Shown: positions 36,901 to 51,000 of the stretch, in pieces
Numbering within the stretch: the first letter of the stretch is position 1
Layout: the number at the start of each line of letters is the position of its first letter
Assembly: GCF_031769215.1 (NCBI RefSeq)
Contig: NW_026782257.1
Span: 1-64,000 of the forward strand
Length of the DNA stretch: 64,000 nucleotides
Source: Ylistrum balloti
Lineage: Eukaryota
Reading direction: 5' to 3'
Translations under genes and position numbers: made by a program
The notes under the pieces: model-generated
Database searches by the model: none
What the model was told of the DNA's origin: nothing
Seen by the model: the letters and a program-made list of their open reading frames with translations, nothing else

Positions 36901-39900
36901 GATCCCCTCCTTCTATTCCAGGGTTACAGAGGTAGAACATCTCCCCTCCAGTGATTTACCTGTCGTGGTAGTGATCCCCTCCCTCTATTCCATGGTTACA
37001 GAGGTAGAACATCTCCCCACCTGTGATTTACCCTGTGATTCTACCTGTTGAGGTAGAACATCTCCCCACCAGTGTTTTAACCCCTCCATCTATTCCATGG
37101 TGACAGAGGTAGAACATCTCCCCACCTGTGATTTACTTGTCATGATAGTGGTCCTGTCCTTTATCTCCCCACCTGTGATTTACCTGTCATGATAGTGATC
37201 CCCTCCCTCTATTCCAGGGTTACAGAGGTAGAACATCTCCCCACCTGTGTTTTACCTGTCGTGATAGTGATGCCCTCCCTCTATTCCATGGTTACAGAGG
37301 TAGAACATCTCCCCACCTGTGATTTACCTGTCATGATAGTGATGCCCTCCCTATATTCCATGGTTACAGTGGTAGAACATCTCCACACCTGTGATTTACC
37401 TGTCGTGGTAGTGATCCCCTCCCTCTATTCCAGGGTTACAGAGGTAGAACATCTCCCCACCAGTGTTTTAATTGTCTATATATATAGCGATCCCCTCCCT
37501 CTATTCCAAAGTCACAGAGGTAGAACATCTCCCCACCTGTGATTTAATTGTTCATATATATAGTGATGCCCTCCCTATATTCCAGAGTTTTGGAGTTGAG
37601 GTGAAACAGATCCCATCAAGTGATTTATTGTCAACAGTGGATAAATATGTAGCAGAAAAAGACTTTACTTTCCTGCATTCCTTTGATGAAATCAACCTTA
37701 TTGCTGGTTATGGCAGGTACTTACCTTTGACCTCTTACCTCCAACCACTAAAACTGACATTGCATTTTAAGTACTATGAATATATTTCAGAAAACATCAG
37801 CCAAACATACAGCTGAAGCTAAATATTTACTTTTTATGAATTAAGCATTTTAGTTATTGAACATCAGCATTTTGGCTGCTATGGTAACCAAGTGTTGGAA
37901 TCTCAATTACATGTTACTTTACTTATTTTAGTTTTTAATGTGTTAAGAAAACTTTTTTTTGTGACAACTTGGTTTTTAGAATGCAATATCAGTTTTATTA
38001 CGGAATCTAACAACCATTACTTGGTGACAGATTTAGATGTATGATTTTCCTGTCCATGTGTTAGTGCTTCTTGTTCCTGATGAAATCCAATCAGAATAAG
38101 TCTGCCAGTGTTACACTCATGACGAAGCAAAATTAGTCGATGAGCAGAATCTGTTCATAAAACATTTTAAGATTGCACATGAAAATTGTGGCTTACTGGA
38201 GTTCACACTTTCAACTTCTTCACAAAAACAATCAGACTCCAATTTTACAAAACTTTGCGGAAGAGTCCACAGTTTGGATTGAAAACAAATGTAAACACCA
38301 ATCCAGCTCCATTGGCAAAGTTTGGCTGTCTAAAATAGTATCATGTACTTGCATGTGGTCAACAGGTGATTTTTAAGGATTTCAAATTTTGAAATAAAAT
38401 GGTGTGAGGTAAGATGTTTATTTAATTCTTAAGACACTGCAGTACGGTTTTGAGGTATTTCAGAACATTTTTTTCAGGTTGGTAATGTCAGTAGAATAGA
38501 TATAGTTCTGATAACACAACCAGTAGAAGGTTTGAATGTGATGTTTCGATAAGCATACCAGCACTGATGTATGTAGTGTTCGTGATTTTTAACCAAGTTT
38601 TAAACAAAGTATGGCCGAATTGACTACAGTACATTGTTATCATTTTGTGTATATTTTTTTTTACTATAATCTGTTTACCATCTAGTCGCACTATTTTTGA
38701 CCTTAGTGTACATAGGATTATATTACAGCCGAAAAAGTTGGTCAATTCCTTAAAATTTTGTTCACTATGTACATCAGTGCTAGTACATGCCACACTGGAC
38801 ATTTTTCTGATGAAGTTACCTTGTAGTCATCAAAACGTAACACTCCAATCTTCTACTGGTTGTGTTACAAGAACTTCTATTCTAATGGTTTTGAGGCCTT
38901 TTAAAAATGGCTTTCTTCTGTAAGCCCATCTTCAAAGCAATAAATCTATCATAATGTCAATAAATATATTTAACTTACAAATTATTTGATTTTGAACAAT
39001 TAACTTTTTAAGATAAGATGTCTTCCCAGAATTCTTACCAGGTATGAGTGACAAAATATTTTGCATTTGCTTCTGCTAAGGCTTTATGTACAAAAACATT
39101 TTTTTTAGGTCACATGGTTACCTGTTGTGATCACCTTTATCCAGCATCGTGCATCCGTAAACAAATCATCATTTTAGACTTCTCGAAATCTCTGGAACCA
39201 ATTTCATTGAAATTTTGCAGAAACCTTCTTTGGCCTAAGATGAAACAAAGTGGTGAATTATGTTGTCCCCACCCCATGTGGACTTGAGGGGTGGGGCCAA
39301 AAGTGTCAAATTTACTCAGATTTCAAAAATCTTCTTCTCAACACCCAGATATGGTAGAATCAAATGCTCTTCATGGATGGAAGTGTCTTAAGGTGGTTAT
39401 CTCAGGTGACTGTAATAGCCACTAGGCCTCTTGTTGAGTGTAATTTGTGTAATTTCCATTGGAAATATTTCAAACCTGCTTAGAATTCTAAGCAAAGGAT
39501 GATGGCTTGATGGTATGCCAAATTTGATCCTGGTTGACCCCCAGGGGCAGATTGGTTTGGCTAAAAATTGACTCAGATTTCAAAAATCTTCTTCTCAATA
39601 CCCAGGTATAGTAGAATCAAATGCTCTGTATAGATGGAAGCATATTAAGGTGGTTTACAGAAATTGTGAATTTCCATGTGCCTTTTTTTACGATAACGTT
39701 TATTTCCCAGTGGAAATAACTAAGATTTATTAGCATAGGATGACAGTTTTGATAGTATGCACATACTGACATTGGCTCACTTTCACCAATGAAATGTTTC
39801 AAAGCTGATTTCAGTTATGACAGGTTTTTTTTTCTGCACTTTATAAAGAATGGGTATAAGGGGTGATTTGTATAGCCAGAATATTTTTCCCATTATAAAT

Positions 39901-42900
39901 GGTGCTTTGCATTGCTGGAAAACTTTTCCAAATGGAAATGGTGCTTTTTATTGTTAGAAGACTTTTCCCAGTGGAAATGGTGCTTTTTATTGCTAGAAAA
40001 CTTCTCCCAGTGGAAATGGTGCTTTTTATTGCTAGAAGACTTTTCCCTGCTGAAATAGTGCTTTATGCTGTTAGAAGACTTTTCCCAGTGGAAATGGTGC
40101 TTTTTATTGCTAGAAGACTTTTCCCCACAGAAATAGTGCTTTTTATTGTTAGAAGACTTTTCCCTGCTGAAATAGTGCTTTTTATTGCTAGAAGACTTTT
40201 CCCTGTGGATATGGTGCAACTTTTCCCAGTAGATTGGCCATGAATACTTTACCAGATAGAAGAAGGGGTACTACACACTATAGGAGACATTTTGCTCAGG
40301 GAATTTGTACTTTATATTGCATACTAGTATGTGCATGTTGAAGTGCTTTTTTGTACTTGTAGCTTTTTCAGTAGAACAGTCTGTTTTGGACCCAGATTTT
40401 TCAGTCCTGCAATCGTGCTTTTCATTTTTAAATTAATGTCTGCATTTTGAGAACCTGTTACATCTCTTAGTAGGTGTTATAATGGGACGTAGGAGTTAAC
40501 AAAAAGAAAATAAGAACTCACAAGATATCGTACATGCACTAGATATTTATATACTTCAGAGTTATGGCTGTGATATTGAAGTGGTTCTAACTTCTGAACT
40601 AGAAGCAAGACTTGGTTTCCACATACACACACATGGCAGTCGTTTTTTCCATCCATTTGATGATTTGGAATTGATTGCTGGCTATGGAAGGTAAATAAGT
40701 ATTCCAGTCCTGTTGGACCATAACTGTGTAGATTTAAGGCCCTGTATAATATATGAAAGGCATTTAACCACAACGGTTAATATGATAAGTTGTGATATTG
40801 ATATATTTCAAGTTGGTTGATTATATAAGTTATAGCACTTCTCCAGTAATTAATGTCACAACTGTGACCCCAAACAGGTATATTTCAGGCGTTATTGTAA
40901 CATTAGAGGTCCAGAACTTAAAGCACTGCCCCAGTACTGAAAGTCAGGAGTTAATGTTATGTTAAAGGTCATGGCCCATGTACATTGTTCTGGTAAAATA
41001 CTGTTTCTACCATGCAATATGTCCAGGGACTAACACATCCACCATGATAAGCAGGGAGGTGGGCTTATTACATGTCATTTAAATGGGATTGGTTTGCTAC
41101 TGAAACTTCATTTAATGGGGATGGACATATCACAAGGCATGAACTTATTGCCAGGAACTATTGCAGTCCATTCTCATAGAAATGACAACTCACCAGGCAG
41201 CATGAATTGACCCTTAGTTGTGACCTTGACATTAGGGTGTAAAGGACCCAAGAGTTTGTAAGTTCTATGAAGCACAAGAATGTGATACTCAGCCAGTAGG
41301 CACCAATTGTATACACAATTGTTGTGCATGATAAAAAGGACACAATTAAACTTCTTAATATTTAGTGTTCTGGTAACCTACCTAGGCCCAGACATCCAAA
41401 GTTCACTGAAAGGTCACTAATGTATTAGCTGTTTACTAAATATTTGTAGATCTTGATTCCAATGGTAGAAAATGGCTAGCCTAGATGCAAACACCTTTAT
41501 CTTCATCAGCATTACTCTAACAGCTTGTTTGCTTTTGTTTATAACACTAATTCAGTTATCTGCTCTAATTTGTTAACTGACCATTGTTTTGCTTACTGTT
41601 AACAGTGCATCCCTGGAGATCCTTGAGGACGGTGTTAAACCTGATGTTGTGATTGTGTGCTGTGGAGGAGGAGGGCTTGTGTCTGGTGTCGCTGCAACTT
41701 TTAAACTGTCTGGTCTTACTGACTGTAGAGTGTACGCTGTAGAGCCAGAGGGATGTGAGTTGTAATTTAGAGATCATTAAGAAGAAGTCCGTGGATAGAG
41801 GACAAATTCAAATTTTCCTAAACGTAGAGAGTGTACACTGTAAAATCAGAGGGATGTAAAGTGTAATTTAAAGATCAGTGTGTAAAAGTCAAAGGGTAGA
41901 GGTCATAGTGTCTGGTCATCCTTACTGTTGATTATACCCTTTAGAACCAGAGCTATGCAAGTTATAATTTAGAGATTAGTGGGTAGAGGTCACAGGGTGG
42001 AGATCAAACTATCTATTCTTCCTTACTGTAGAGTAGTTGTAGAACTAGAGACATGCAATTATAATGTAGATGTTAAAGGTTAAAGGTCAAACTGTCTGGT
42101 CTTCTTATCTGTATTTAGAGTGTACCCTGTAGAACCAGAGGGATGTAAGTTAGAAGTGGTTGAGAGGTCAGAGGTAAAAACTGTGTATCTCTTTCATTGT
42201 AGAATGTACCTGTAAAACTACACTATAATGTAGAGGTAAGGGGGTAGAGGTCAAGTTATCAGTTCTTCCTAGGTGTAGAGTGTTTTTTTATGCTGTAGTA
42301 CGAGAGGGATATACTTTTTTGTAGAGGTCAAGTTCTCTCATATTCTTGTCTGTATTGTATGCTGTAGAACCAGAAAGACATAGGTTGTAATTAAGAAGTC
42401 AGAGGGTAGAGGTCAAACTCTATGGTCTTCCTACATGTAGAGTGTATTCTATGGAATCACTAAATTGTAGAAGTCAGAGGATAGAGACCAAACTCACTGG
42501 TTTCTCTTCCTGTCAAGTATTCTCTGCAAGTTATTACATGTAAATGTTTTGGTTTGCAGACCATGTTTTGTCAGAAAAGAAGTGTGTTATTTTTAAGTTT
42601 ACAGACCAATGAAGAGATTAAAATGTAAGTACTATATCGAGAACATAATGACATTATCACTTTGTGTTGACAGCTCCTACCATGTATGAAAGTTATAAGA
42701 AAGGGGAGGCAGTCACCATACCTACAGTGAATTCTGTAGCAGGAGGCCTTTCACCACCCTTTGCAGGTAACTTTTCTAAGACATTAACAATTGTCAGGAT
42801 AGAAAAAAAAAGAAACAACTTAATCAATTAATGTATATTCCTTCCTAATACCGGTAAATAATAGAAAAATATTAAATATTTTCCAGAATGGAAAATGTAT

Positions 42901-43360
42901 GAATAATTCATGTACAGACATACTGGTATCTATATTTTTTCCAGATTGGCATATCATTTGAAAAACATGTTAATTTGTATTGCATTAGAGACCTACCAGC
43001 TTTCTATCTAACTTCAAATAAAGATGAAGTAACGGAGTATTTTCTTTTCAATATCAACTTTGAAACTTTTTTTTGCATACATCGCAGTATGTTTTATGTT
43101 AAAATCTTCTTTCAACAGGCAAATTAACCTACCAACATTGTAGGAAATTTGTAGAGGATGTGGTCTTAGTAACAGACAAGGAACTAATTGATACCATGGC
43201 AATGTTCTACAAACGAGGCTTGGTCGTAGAACCCTCCGGGTGTGCTGCTATGGCTGCCTTGATTAACGGACGCATTCCTGATGTAACAGGAAAAAAAGTG
43301 GTGGTGTTTGTGACAGGAGGGAATATCACATCGGAAGAAATGACAGTTCATCTGAAGTGA
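33973..43360 (+). CDS. PLP-dependent serine/threonine dehydratase (serine racemase superfamily) enzyme, 327 aa, 6 coding exons: 33973-34144, 34635-34831, 37586-37716, 41606-41754, 42674-42766, 43119-43360
   Basis: GT-AG junctions with consistent phases (1,0,2,1,1), 984 nt. Motifs: LKLENMQTTGSFKIRG (PLP lysine), SAGNYG, HSFD, CGGGGL, VEPEG, VVEPSGCAA and TGGN. Confidence 0.92.
35200..35880. repeat. 31-bp intronic minisatellite, ~22 copies
   Basis: CTCATGTATA at 35221/35252; unit TATATAGACATCCTTTAGTAAAGACCTCATG. Confidence 0.95.
36340..37585. repeat. 72-bp intronic minisatellite ending at the exon 3 acceptor
   Basis: CCCTCCCTCTATTCCA at 37201/37273; the last unit supplies CCCTATATTCCAG|AGT. 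Confidence 0.9.
39101..39435 (+). mobile_element. Short Helentron-like (HINE) element, same terminal motifs as 18021-18727 in opposite orientation; a partial internal repeat follows to ~39680
   Basis: Starts TTTTTAGGTCAC, ends CTCAGGTGAC...GGCCTCTTGTT; CAGATTTCAAAAATCTTCTTCTCAA is duplicated at ~39317 and ~39574. Confidence 0.6.
39890..40230. repeat. 39-bp minisatellite, ~8 copies
   Basis: CCCAGTGGAAATGGTGC at 39967/40006. Confidence 0.9.
41705..42500 (+). repeat. Degenerate ~80-100-bp tandem copies of the 3' half of dehydratase exon 4 plus its donor
   Basis: Variants of ACTGTCTGGTCTT...GTAGAGTGTAC.CTGTAGA.CCAGAGGGATGT.AGT recur; the best copy is at 42091-42150. Confidence 0.7.
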
Positions 43361-45719
43361 AAAAGTTTGAAGCTCGGAGAGGCATTTAAAAGTTAATGAA
43401 GCAATGTAATTTGACTGTGATTATCCAATGGGATTTGGTTTGTAATCGTTAGTTTTCTGGAGGTTTGGATTGTCCACCAGTGACTAGTTTTACTCTGTTA
43501 CCACAGGAGTAATGCTGCATTTGTGCAAAGTGATTTATACAGTATATATGTATGGTCATTGTGAACTGGTGCCCGTCAAATCTCCAAAAATAAAATATTT
43601 GATTTGACCACAATTTAAGTAAATAATTTGACATGATTAAGTTTCCAACCGAACAGATTATAACCTAGAGATCTAGGAGTGTAAAATTTTACGATATCAG
43701 AATGTCATCGGCTTTTGCAAATCTTCAGAAATCCATGAATTTGTAAATTATGCTACATTTTGAACATCTAACCTTGATTAACAATTTAATTTGCGGTATA
43801 ATCATACTTAAATCACAATTATTTATCAATTTAAATGCAAATAACAATAATTTTCACAATTTGTTGCACTTTTTAGCAACAAATCTGCTTTTGGAAGGCA
43901 TATCCATAACAATGAAGCTTGTCGATACTGAATGTTTTTTTTACTACTTTTAGGCATTTTCTTAAGTTTCATCTAACATTGTGGTGTACATCAGTTTACC
44001 AAGTTGAGTTAAGCTCAAAATGACATGCTGTTTACATTGTTCAGGTATGTTGAAGACTATACAGTTGTTGATAATTATAATAATTATAATAATAAAGCTC
44101 TATGATATATGATCCTGTTTGTTACATGTATAAAAAAATTCATTTCACCCCCTTGTGGCTGAGATGGGATCCAAATTGTGGTGTCCAGTGGAGGTTGGGC
44201 ACACACAGGAGACTTGCATGCCAAAGTGTTTTCAACTTAATAACATCTGTGGGTTAAACAAGATTCCCTAGCTTACTGCTAAAGAAATCAGTGAATATTT
44301 TTCTAATACCATGCTAGCCATCTTATTTTGTATAATGCTTGCGTTTGGGAGTTTGCCTTGTCTGTAAACTAGGGTAAGACAAGGAAATCTCATACTGCTA
44401 ATAGTGCAGAGTCCAGGGTAAGAGAAATTTGTTTCTGTCTACAATACATAATAACAAGGGCATCGTGAAATTCCCATATAACAGACACCATTTTCATAAC
44501 TACATTGTCAGAAATGACTTTACAAGTATGATACAATTGATGTGAATAAAGTCATTTATTTTTAGTGTTGATTATCCTAGCATCAGGCCTTAATTTCCCC
44601 CACAATCTATGTGGTAAACTGCAGTGAACAATCTGATTTTGTGGTATTGGATTCATTCATGATCTTTAATACAAGAATCTAAAGAACATCAGGAATAAAC
44701 ATTCAGCTGAGTTGGCTTAAACTTTGACCTGGGAGGTCATGACCTTGACCTTTCATCTACACAGATAACTTGGATCTTAACGTTGTTGTAGCTATAGTTG
44801 TGTACGTCGTCTTTTAAATCTGTTGATTAGTGATAGTTTTTTCAGGATGCTGCTGACAAGTATTACCATCTGTCTGAGGTGACCTTTAAACTTTCACTTA
44901 ATCATGACCTAGAACCTGATAAAAGGTTGCATGAAGTCTCATTTCAATCATTTGGGTAATTTTTATCAGTGTGTTGCAGGCAAGACAATACAGCAGATCA
45001 AAAATTACCTTCTGTGAACTTGACCTTCTACCAATGACCTTGATACTTGAGTCAGACCTAGAGTTTGAGATCAGGAAGACTGTAGTGAAGTATCATCAAA
45101 ATTTATTAACATGTCTCTACCATGACATCTAGTACTATTACCATATGACCTTGATATGTAATGTCAAGTTGTTAATCAACTCTGGTGTGTAAAACATTAA
45201 CTATACATCTTCTCTGAAGTATGGGAAATAAGACAAGATATTTAATTATATGAAAATATCAATTTATTTACATAAATACAAGACAATTCCAACATAGTGT
45301 ACAGTCCTGTACTGAGGAATCATAAAATTATGGCAACCTTTAAGAACTGAGCGATACTACATTGTAGGATTCACCTGTATCACAGAAGCATTATACACAT
45401 TAAAATTTTTCATGTTTCTGTCAACATTTCTTTAATTCTCAATGCTATCATTATAAATTTAAGTTAAAGTTTAAGAAAGTACTGTATATTTGATTTAATG
45501 ATGAAATGAAGCCACAACATGTATTATCACCACTTATCCATGGCTCCTTCCATCAATTTGGTATTGTATATACCCTGCAATAAACCAAAAGACTGGTAAT
45601 GATCCCATCTATATTTCTATTGTTCCGTAAAATATTGTTTTGTTACAAGTGTTACTTATTGTCTTGTAACACAGCTAACCCCTATTGTTTAATCAGAGGT
45701 AATTAATGTTGGTTATCCT

Positions 45720-46012
45720 GAGGTCCTGTAATAAGCCCACCCTCTAGCTTGGAATGAGAGTTAATGTGTTGGCTACATGGGAAGTAGTAATAAGCCCACC
45801 CTTTGACTTGGAATGAGAGTTAATGTGTAGGCTACATGAGAACCAGTAATAAGCCCACCCTCTGACTTGGAGTGAGAGTTAATGTGTTGGCTACATTAGA
45901 ACCAGTAATAAGCCCACCCCCTGACTTGGAGTGAGAGTTAATGTATTGGCTACATGAGAACCAGTAATAAGCCCACCCTCTGACTTGGAGTGAGAGTTAA
46001 CGTGTTGGCTTC
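45720..46012. repeat. 59-bp minisatellite, 5 copies
   Basis: TAATAAGCCCACCC recurs at a 59-bp period (~45729-45965). Confidence 0.9.
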
Positions 46013-46309
46013 TAGGCTTATTGCAGGTTAAATACACCAGTTAGACACCTGAAACATATCAGTATGATGGATACGAATATGATATGATAATTCAATTAAA
46101 TGCACTCCAAAACGAAATCTAGTAAGAACTGAACAATTACATGCAAGTTAAGCACCATCAATATTTCAAAAAGACATCAAGAAGGAATCAATGCATTAAA
46201 TATAATCACTGGAAAAAAATTGAATTTCCAAGTCTGAAAATTTCATCTGACTCTTTAAGTCAATCTAAGGATGAAAATTTCACACTGGATATACTGTATA
46301 AAGACTGAT

Positions 46310-46605
46310 AGTACAATGGCCGTGGTAGATAATGCTACACTATATAAATACTGGTAGTATAATGGCCGTGGTTGATAATGGTATCACACTGACTATGATG
46401 CCACACTGTATAAATACTGGTAGTATAATGGCCGTGGTTGATAATAGTATCACACTGACTATGATGCCACACTGTATAAATACTGGTAGTATAATGGCCG
46501 TGGTTGATAATAGTATCACACTGACTATGATGCCACACTGTATAAATACTGGTAGTATGATGGCCGTGGTTGATAATGGTATCACACTGACTATGATGCT
46601 ACATT
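46310..46605. repeat. 66-bp minisatellite, ~4 copies
   Basis: ATGGCCGTGG at 46362/46428/46494/46560. Confidence 0.9.
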
Positions 46606-47104
46606 GTTTAAATAATATATATTTAATTAATTTTCTATAAAATGTCATTTTTTACAGAGTTTAAAACCTCATTGCAAGGAATATGAAATAAAAACCTCTG
46701 CATCTCACGTGAGCTAAAATACAATAAATATGAGATAAAATTTAAATGTCAAATGATAACCATAAAAACAATCTGAAGCAAGGTTAGCTATACATATCAA
46801 AATCAGACCTGAAAGCAGAAAAACAACTCATTCACAATGGGTTGAAGAGGATACAAATAGACCGAACCTTACATAAAGAACACTCGGGCCTTTTGGTGTG
46901 GGCTGGGTGTGATGCCCTTGTCAAGCAAACTGCTTTGTTTCTAAAGGTGATATTGGCAAAAAAGAAGCATCTTAGAACTTTGAATATTTTTTCCTGGTTT
47001 GTTTTTTCCATCTTTGTAATTGCTATGTCATGATGGAGGCCATTCATGGACGCAGTCTGGATTAAAATGACAGTACAAACATAAATTTATAAACTCTTTC
47101 TGTA

Positions 47105-47740
47105 TATAGTTTCCTCCTGTAAGACAGGTGCAGTACAAACCTCGAAGTCTCCTCCTGTAAGAAAGGTGGAGTACAAACCTCTAAGTCTCCTCCTATAAGA
47201 CAGGTGGAGTACAAACCTCTAAGTCTCCTCCTGTAAGACAGGTGGAGTACAAACCTCTAAGTCTCCTCCTGTAAGACAGGTGGAGTACAAACCTCTAAGT
47301 CTCCTCCTGTAAGACAGGTGGAGTACAAACCTCTAAGTCTCCTCCTGTAAGACAGGTAGAGTACAAACCTCTTAAGTCTCCTCCTGTAAGACAGGTGGAG
47401 TACAAACCTCTAAGTCTCCTCCTGTAAGACAGGTTGAGAACAACCTTCGTAGTCTCCTCCTGTAAACTTCTTCTTAAGTCTCCTCCTGTAAGACAGGTGG
47501 AGTACAAACCTCTAAGTCTCCTCCTGTAAGACAGGTTGAGAACAACCTTCGTAGTCTCCTCCTGTAAGACAGGTAGAGAACAACCTTCGAAGTCTCCTCC
47601 TGTAAGACAGGTGGAGTACAAACCTCTAAGTCTCCTCTTGTAAGACAGGTGGAGTACAAACCTCTATGTCTCCTCCTGTAAGACAAGTAGAGCACTAACC
47701 TATAGTCTCCTCCTGTACTACACATGGAGTACAAACTAGT
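47105..47740. repeat. 38-bp minisatellite, ~16 copies
   Basis: AAGTCTCCTCCTGTAAGACAGG at 47221/47259. Confidence 0.95.
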
Positions 47741-48007
47741 TGTCATTTCCTGTAGCACATGTGTGCTAGAACTTTTCACAGACATCATCAAAGCTATCAC
47801 AGACAATTATCACAGTTGTCATTTCAGTTACATCAATGTAAGCACACAATCAGCCATCATTAATACAGCAACATTCACCTGGTTGGTTTAAAATTATAAA
47901 ATGGATTCAAATTTCACTATTCTCATCCTCTGAATGGATTGGTTGCTTTGCATGTTGCTGTTTTCTGTGATCGAAGTAACAGAATCTTGGGTTGCTGTTT
48001 TCTTGGA

Positions 48008-51000
48008 TCAGATTGCTGGATTCCTGTGTCTCTGTTTTCGTCCCGTGATTAAACTGGTAGATTCTGTAGACGTTTCAAATGCTGAAAACATTGGACATTT
48101 GTTTTATTACTGGATATATAAGGACCTTCCCCTACCCTTAACTCCCAAAGAAAGTGTAGACTTTCTGGGAGAGAATCAAATTCCTGAAGAGAAAGTGTGC
48201 AATATTTGTTCCACTTAATTTTAGAAAATATCAATTTTAATTGAGAGTACTGTAAACCCAGAGAGCACACTTACAGAAAAATAGCCTATTTGTACTGTGA
48301 TCTTGGTAATAGGATTTCCAGCTTATGACATCTGTTAATCCCACAATGCCAATAATCCATAACAGTTGATATATACATTTGGTTGGTGGGGGAGGTGGGG
48401 CCATTTTAATATTGACTATTATACAGAAATTGTACCTACCAATCTCTTTAAGTCCATTGCCAAAGTTCTTGCACACAATATACAGTTCAATCATCAGTAT
48501 TAGCCAAACTAGTAAAGCCAGTATACCTGTAACAAATTTACATATTCTTCTGATAATAAGGTGAAAATTTGTAGAGAAAAATCGACCTGAACCTTTTCAA
48601 GACTTTTTAAAAATCTTAACCAGATGAAGCATTCTATTAGACTGTACAGATTTTTACTGAATTCATCTGGAGAATATCACTTCTTTTAATTTTAGCCATT
48701 AGGAAGTACAAAGCCTCATTAAATGTGTCTCTAGAAGATATATCAGATTACCAATGGTGCCATGCACTATATGGACTATATGTTGGAGAATAAGATTTCA
48801 TATTTTTAGGATATATCATTGATATAGATATATAATGATGTAGCACAGACCTGCAACAAGTACAGCGTAGGTAATGAATTGGCTCTCTCTTATGTTATCA
48901 TCTATATTCACATACTCCTGTAAAGAAACAGACACTATCACTAAACACAGAGAACATATAAAGAGATTATCAGCAGTTAATTGACCATCAGTAAGAAAAC
49001 TGTTGCCAATAAGTAAATAAAATATCACCCTCTGGTCAAGAGATTATCATCCTCATATAGATGAAATATCTCCCTCTGATCAAGAGATTATCATCCTCAT
49101 ACTGATAAAATATCTCCCTCTGATCAAGAGATTATCATCCTCAGACAGATAAAATATCTCCCTCTGATCAAGAGATTATCATCCTAAGATAGATAAAATA
49201 TCTCCCTCTGGTCAAGAGATTATCATCCTCAGACAGATAAAATATCTCCCTCTGATCAAGAGATTATCATCCTCAGACAGATAAAATATCTCCCTCTGAT
49301 CAAGAGATTATCATCCTCAGACAGATAAAATATCTCCCTCTGATCAAGAGATTATCATCCTCAGACAGATGAAATATCTCCCTCTGGTCAAGAGATTATC
49401 ATCCTCAGACAGATAAAATATCTCCCTCTGATCAAGAGATTATCATCCTCAGACAGATAAAATATCTCCCTCTTATCAAGAGATTATCATCCTAAGATAG
49501 ATAAAATATCTCCCTCTGGTCAAGAGATTATCATCCTCAGATAGATAAAGATATCCTCAGACAGATGAAATATTTCCCTCTGATCAAGAGATTATCATCC
49601 TCAGACAGATAAAATATCTCCCTCTGATCAAGAGATTATCCTCAGACAGATGAAATATTTCCCTCTGATCAAGAGATTATCATCCCCTGGTTAAAAATAA
49701 GTATGGTTACAAGAGACAAAATAAGAAAACTGTCATTATATACATACAACATTTCCAATACTTACCTGAATCACTTTGTAGATATAGTAGGCAGGCTTGG
49801 CCAGGCCAAGGAAAGCGAAGATAAATGCTCCTGAACGCCATTCTTTCTTAAGCTACAATCATCATGACATCAATCAAATATCAAATCAGTAATAATAGTG
49901 TAAAATTATATTACAGAGAAAATCTCATTTGTTGTAAACTGCTACCTTTGTCCTCAACTAGAATTAAGGAATATTGGAATGATTTGAAACAGAAATTGAA
50001 ATCATGTGATGAAAGTTATAAGATTTGTCACTACATCAATCATGTTACAAATCTGAGGACAAGATATAATAATGTTGGATTACTGAGAATATCAACTTGC
50101 AAAGCTTGACAAGAACAACTTAGAGTTTTCAGTTAAATACCCAAATTTCGAACCTAAATATATCAAGCTTATTTTTTTTTTTTTTTTTTTGAAACGTATT
50201 GATTTGGCTGACACAAGTTTTCACTGACAATGGGAGTCAGTCTTATAAAAGATTCCACAGACATTGTAAGTCAATCCTTCATATTCCAGATTAAAACATT
50301 GTCAAAACCACACAGCCAACCTTGGCTGAATATTATAATTTTTTCAGATGGTTCATTTGAAGTACTTGAAGACTCAGTGTTGATGGTTTATTGTCTAGAA
50401 AGTGACTTGATGAACTCCATGCTAAGCAACCCCTCCTTATCTATCAGAGACACTGATTTATATTCAGGATAGGCAGAAGAGACAAAACTCTGCTATATAC
50501 TCACCACAAGGGAACCAAGGATATTCCAAAGAATTGAGTATGGAATTCCAACCCCAAGTACAACCTGTTCTAGAACATTCAAACTGGTGCCTTTCCTCAA
50601 CACAAGTACTACCATACTCACCTGTAAAACAAAGACTGATATGTAAACAAAATAAAAGGGAGTAAGGGACCTCCCTTGTCAATAATAATCTATTTTTAAT
50701 TTTTTTTTTTTACAGAAAACGATTGTACAAATTGTTTCAACCTCAAATGATATCACAATGATATCTGAATACTTACAGTCCCTCCCAAATTTCAAGAAAT
50801 AAGGATAATATTTTTGTTTTTCTGATCAGTCCCAAAATTGCAAGTGTACAACTAGAGACCAAGGGAAACCTTCGGAAAGATCCATCCAGCAGGTCTTAAG
50901 TAATAGCTAGAACTGATTTACGACCAGACAGACTACAGACTAAGGATGTAGTGCTATTTCATGCTTTCTTTATTAGATATGTTCCTTCTGTATTAAGCTT

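Noticed and set aside
36339-37542. ORFs with SLYSRVTEVEHLPTCDLP repeats as independent genes
   Set aside because: They are frames of the intronic 72-bp minisatellite.
44545-44560. 16-mer AATAAAGTCATTTATT identical to the LINE 3' tail (9008-9023, reverse strand)
   Set aside because: A few 16-mer matches are expected by chance in 64 kb of AT-rich DNA and there is no flanking similarity. It may simply be the dehydratase poly(A) signal.
39893-47806. Repeat-derived ORFs at 39893-40243, 46332-46648 and 47295-47806
   Set aside because: They coincide exactly with the 39-, 66- and 38-bp minisatellites.
48049-48270. Alternative last exon for the TM gene via the acceptor at ~48214
   Set aside because: It has a weaker acceptor and gives only VEQILHTFSSGI*. 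The TTTTCAG acceptor at 48081 was preferred, but this alternative is not excluded.
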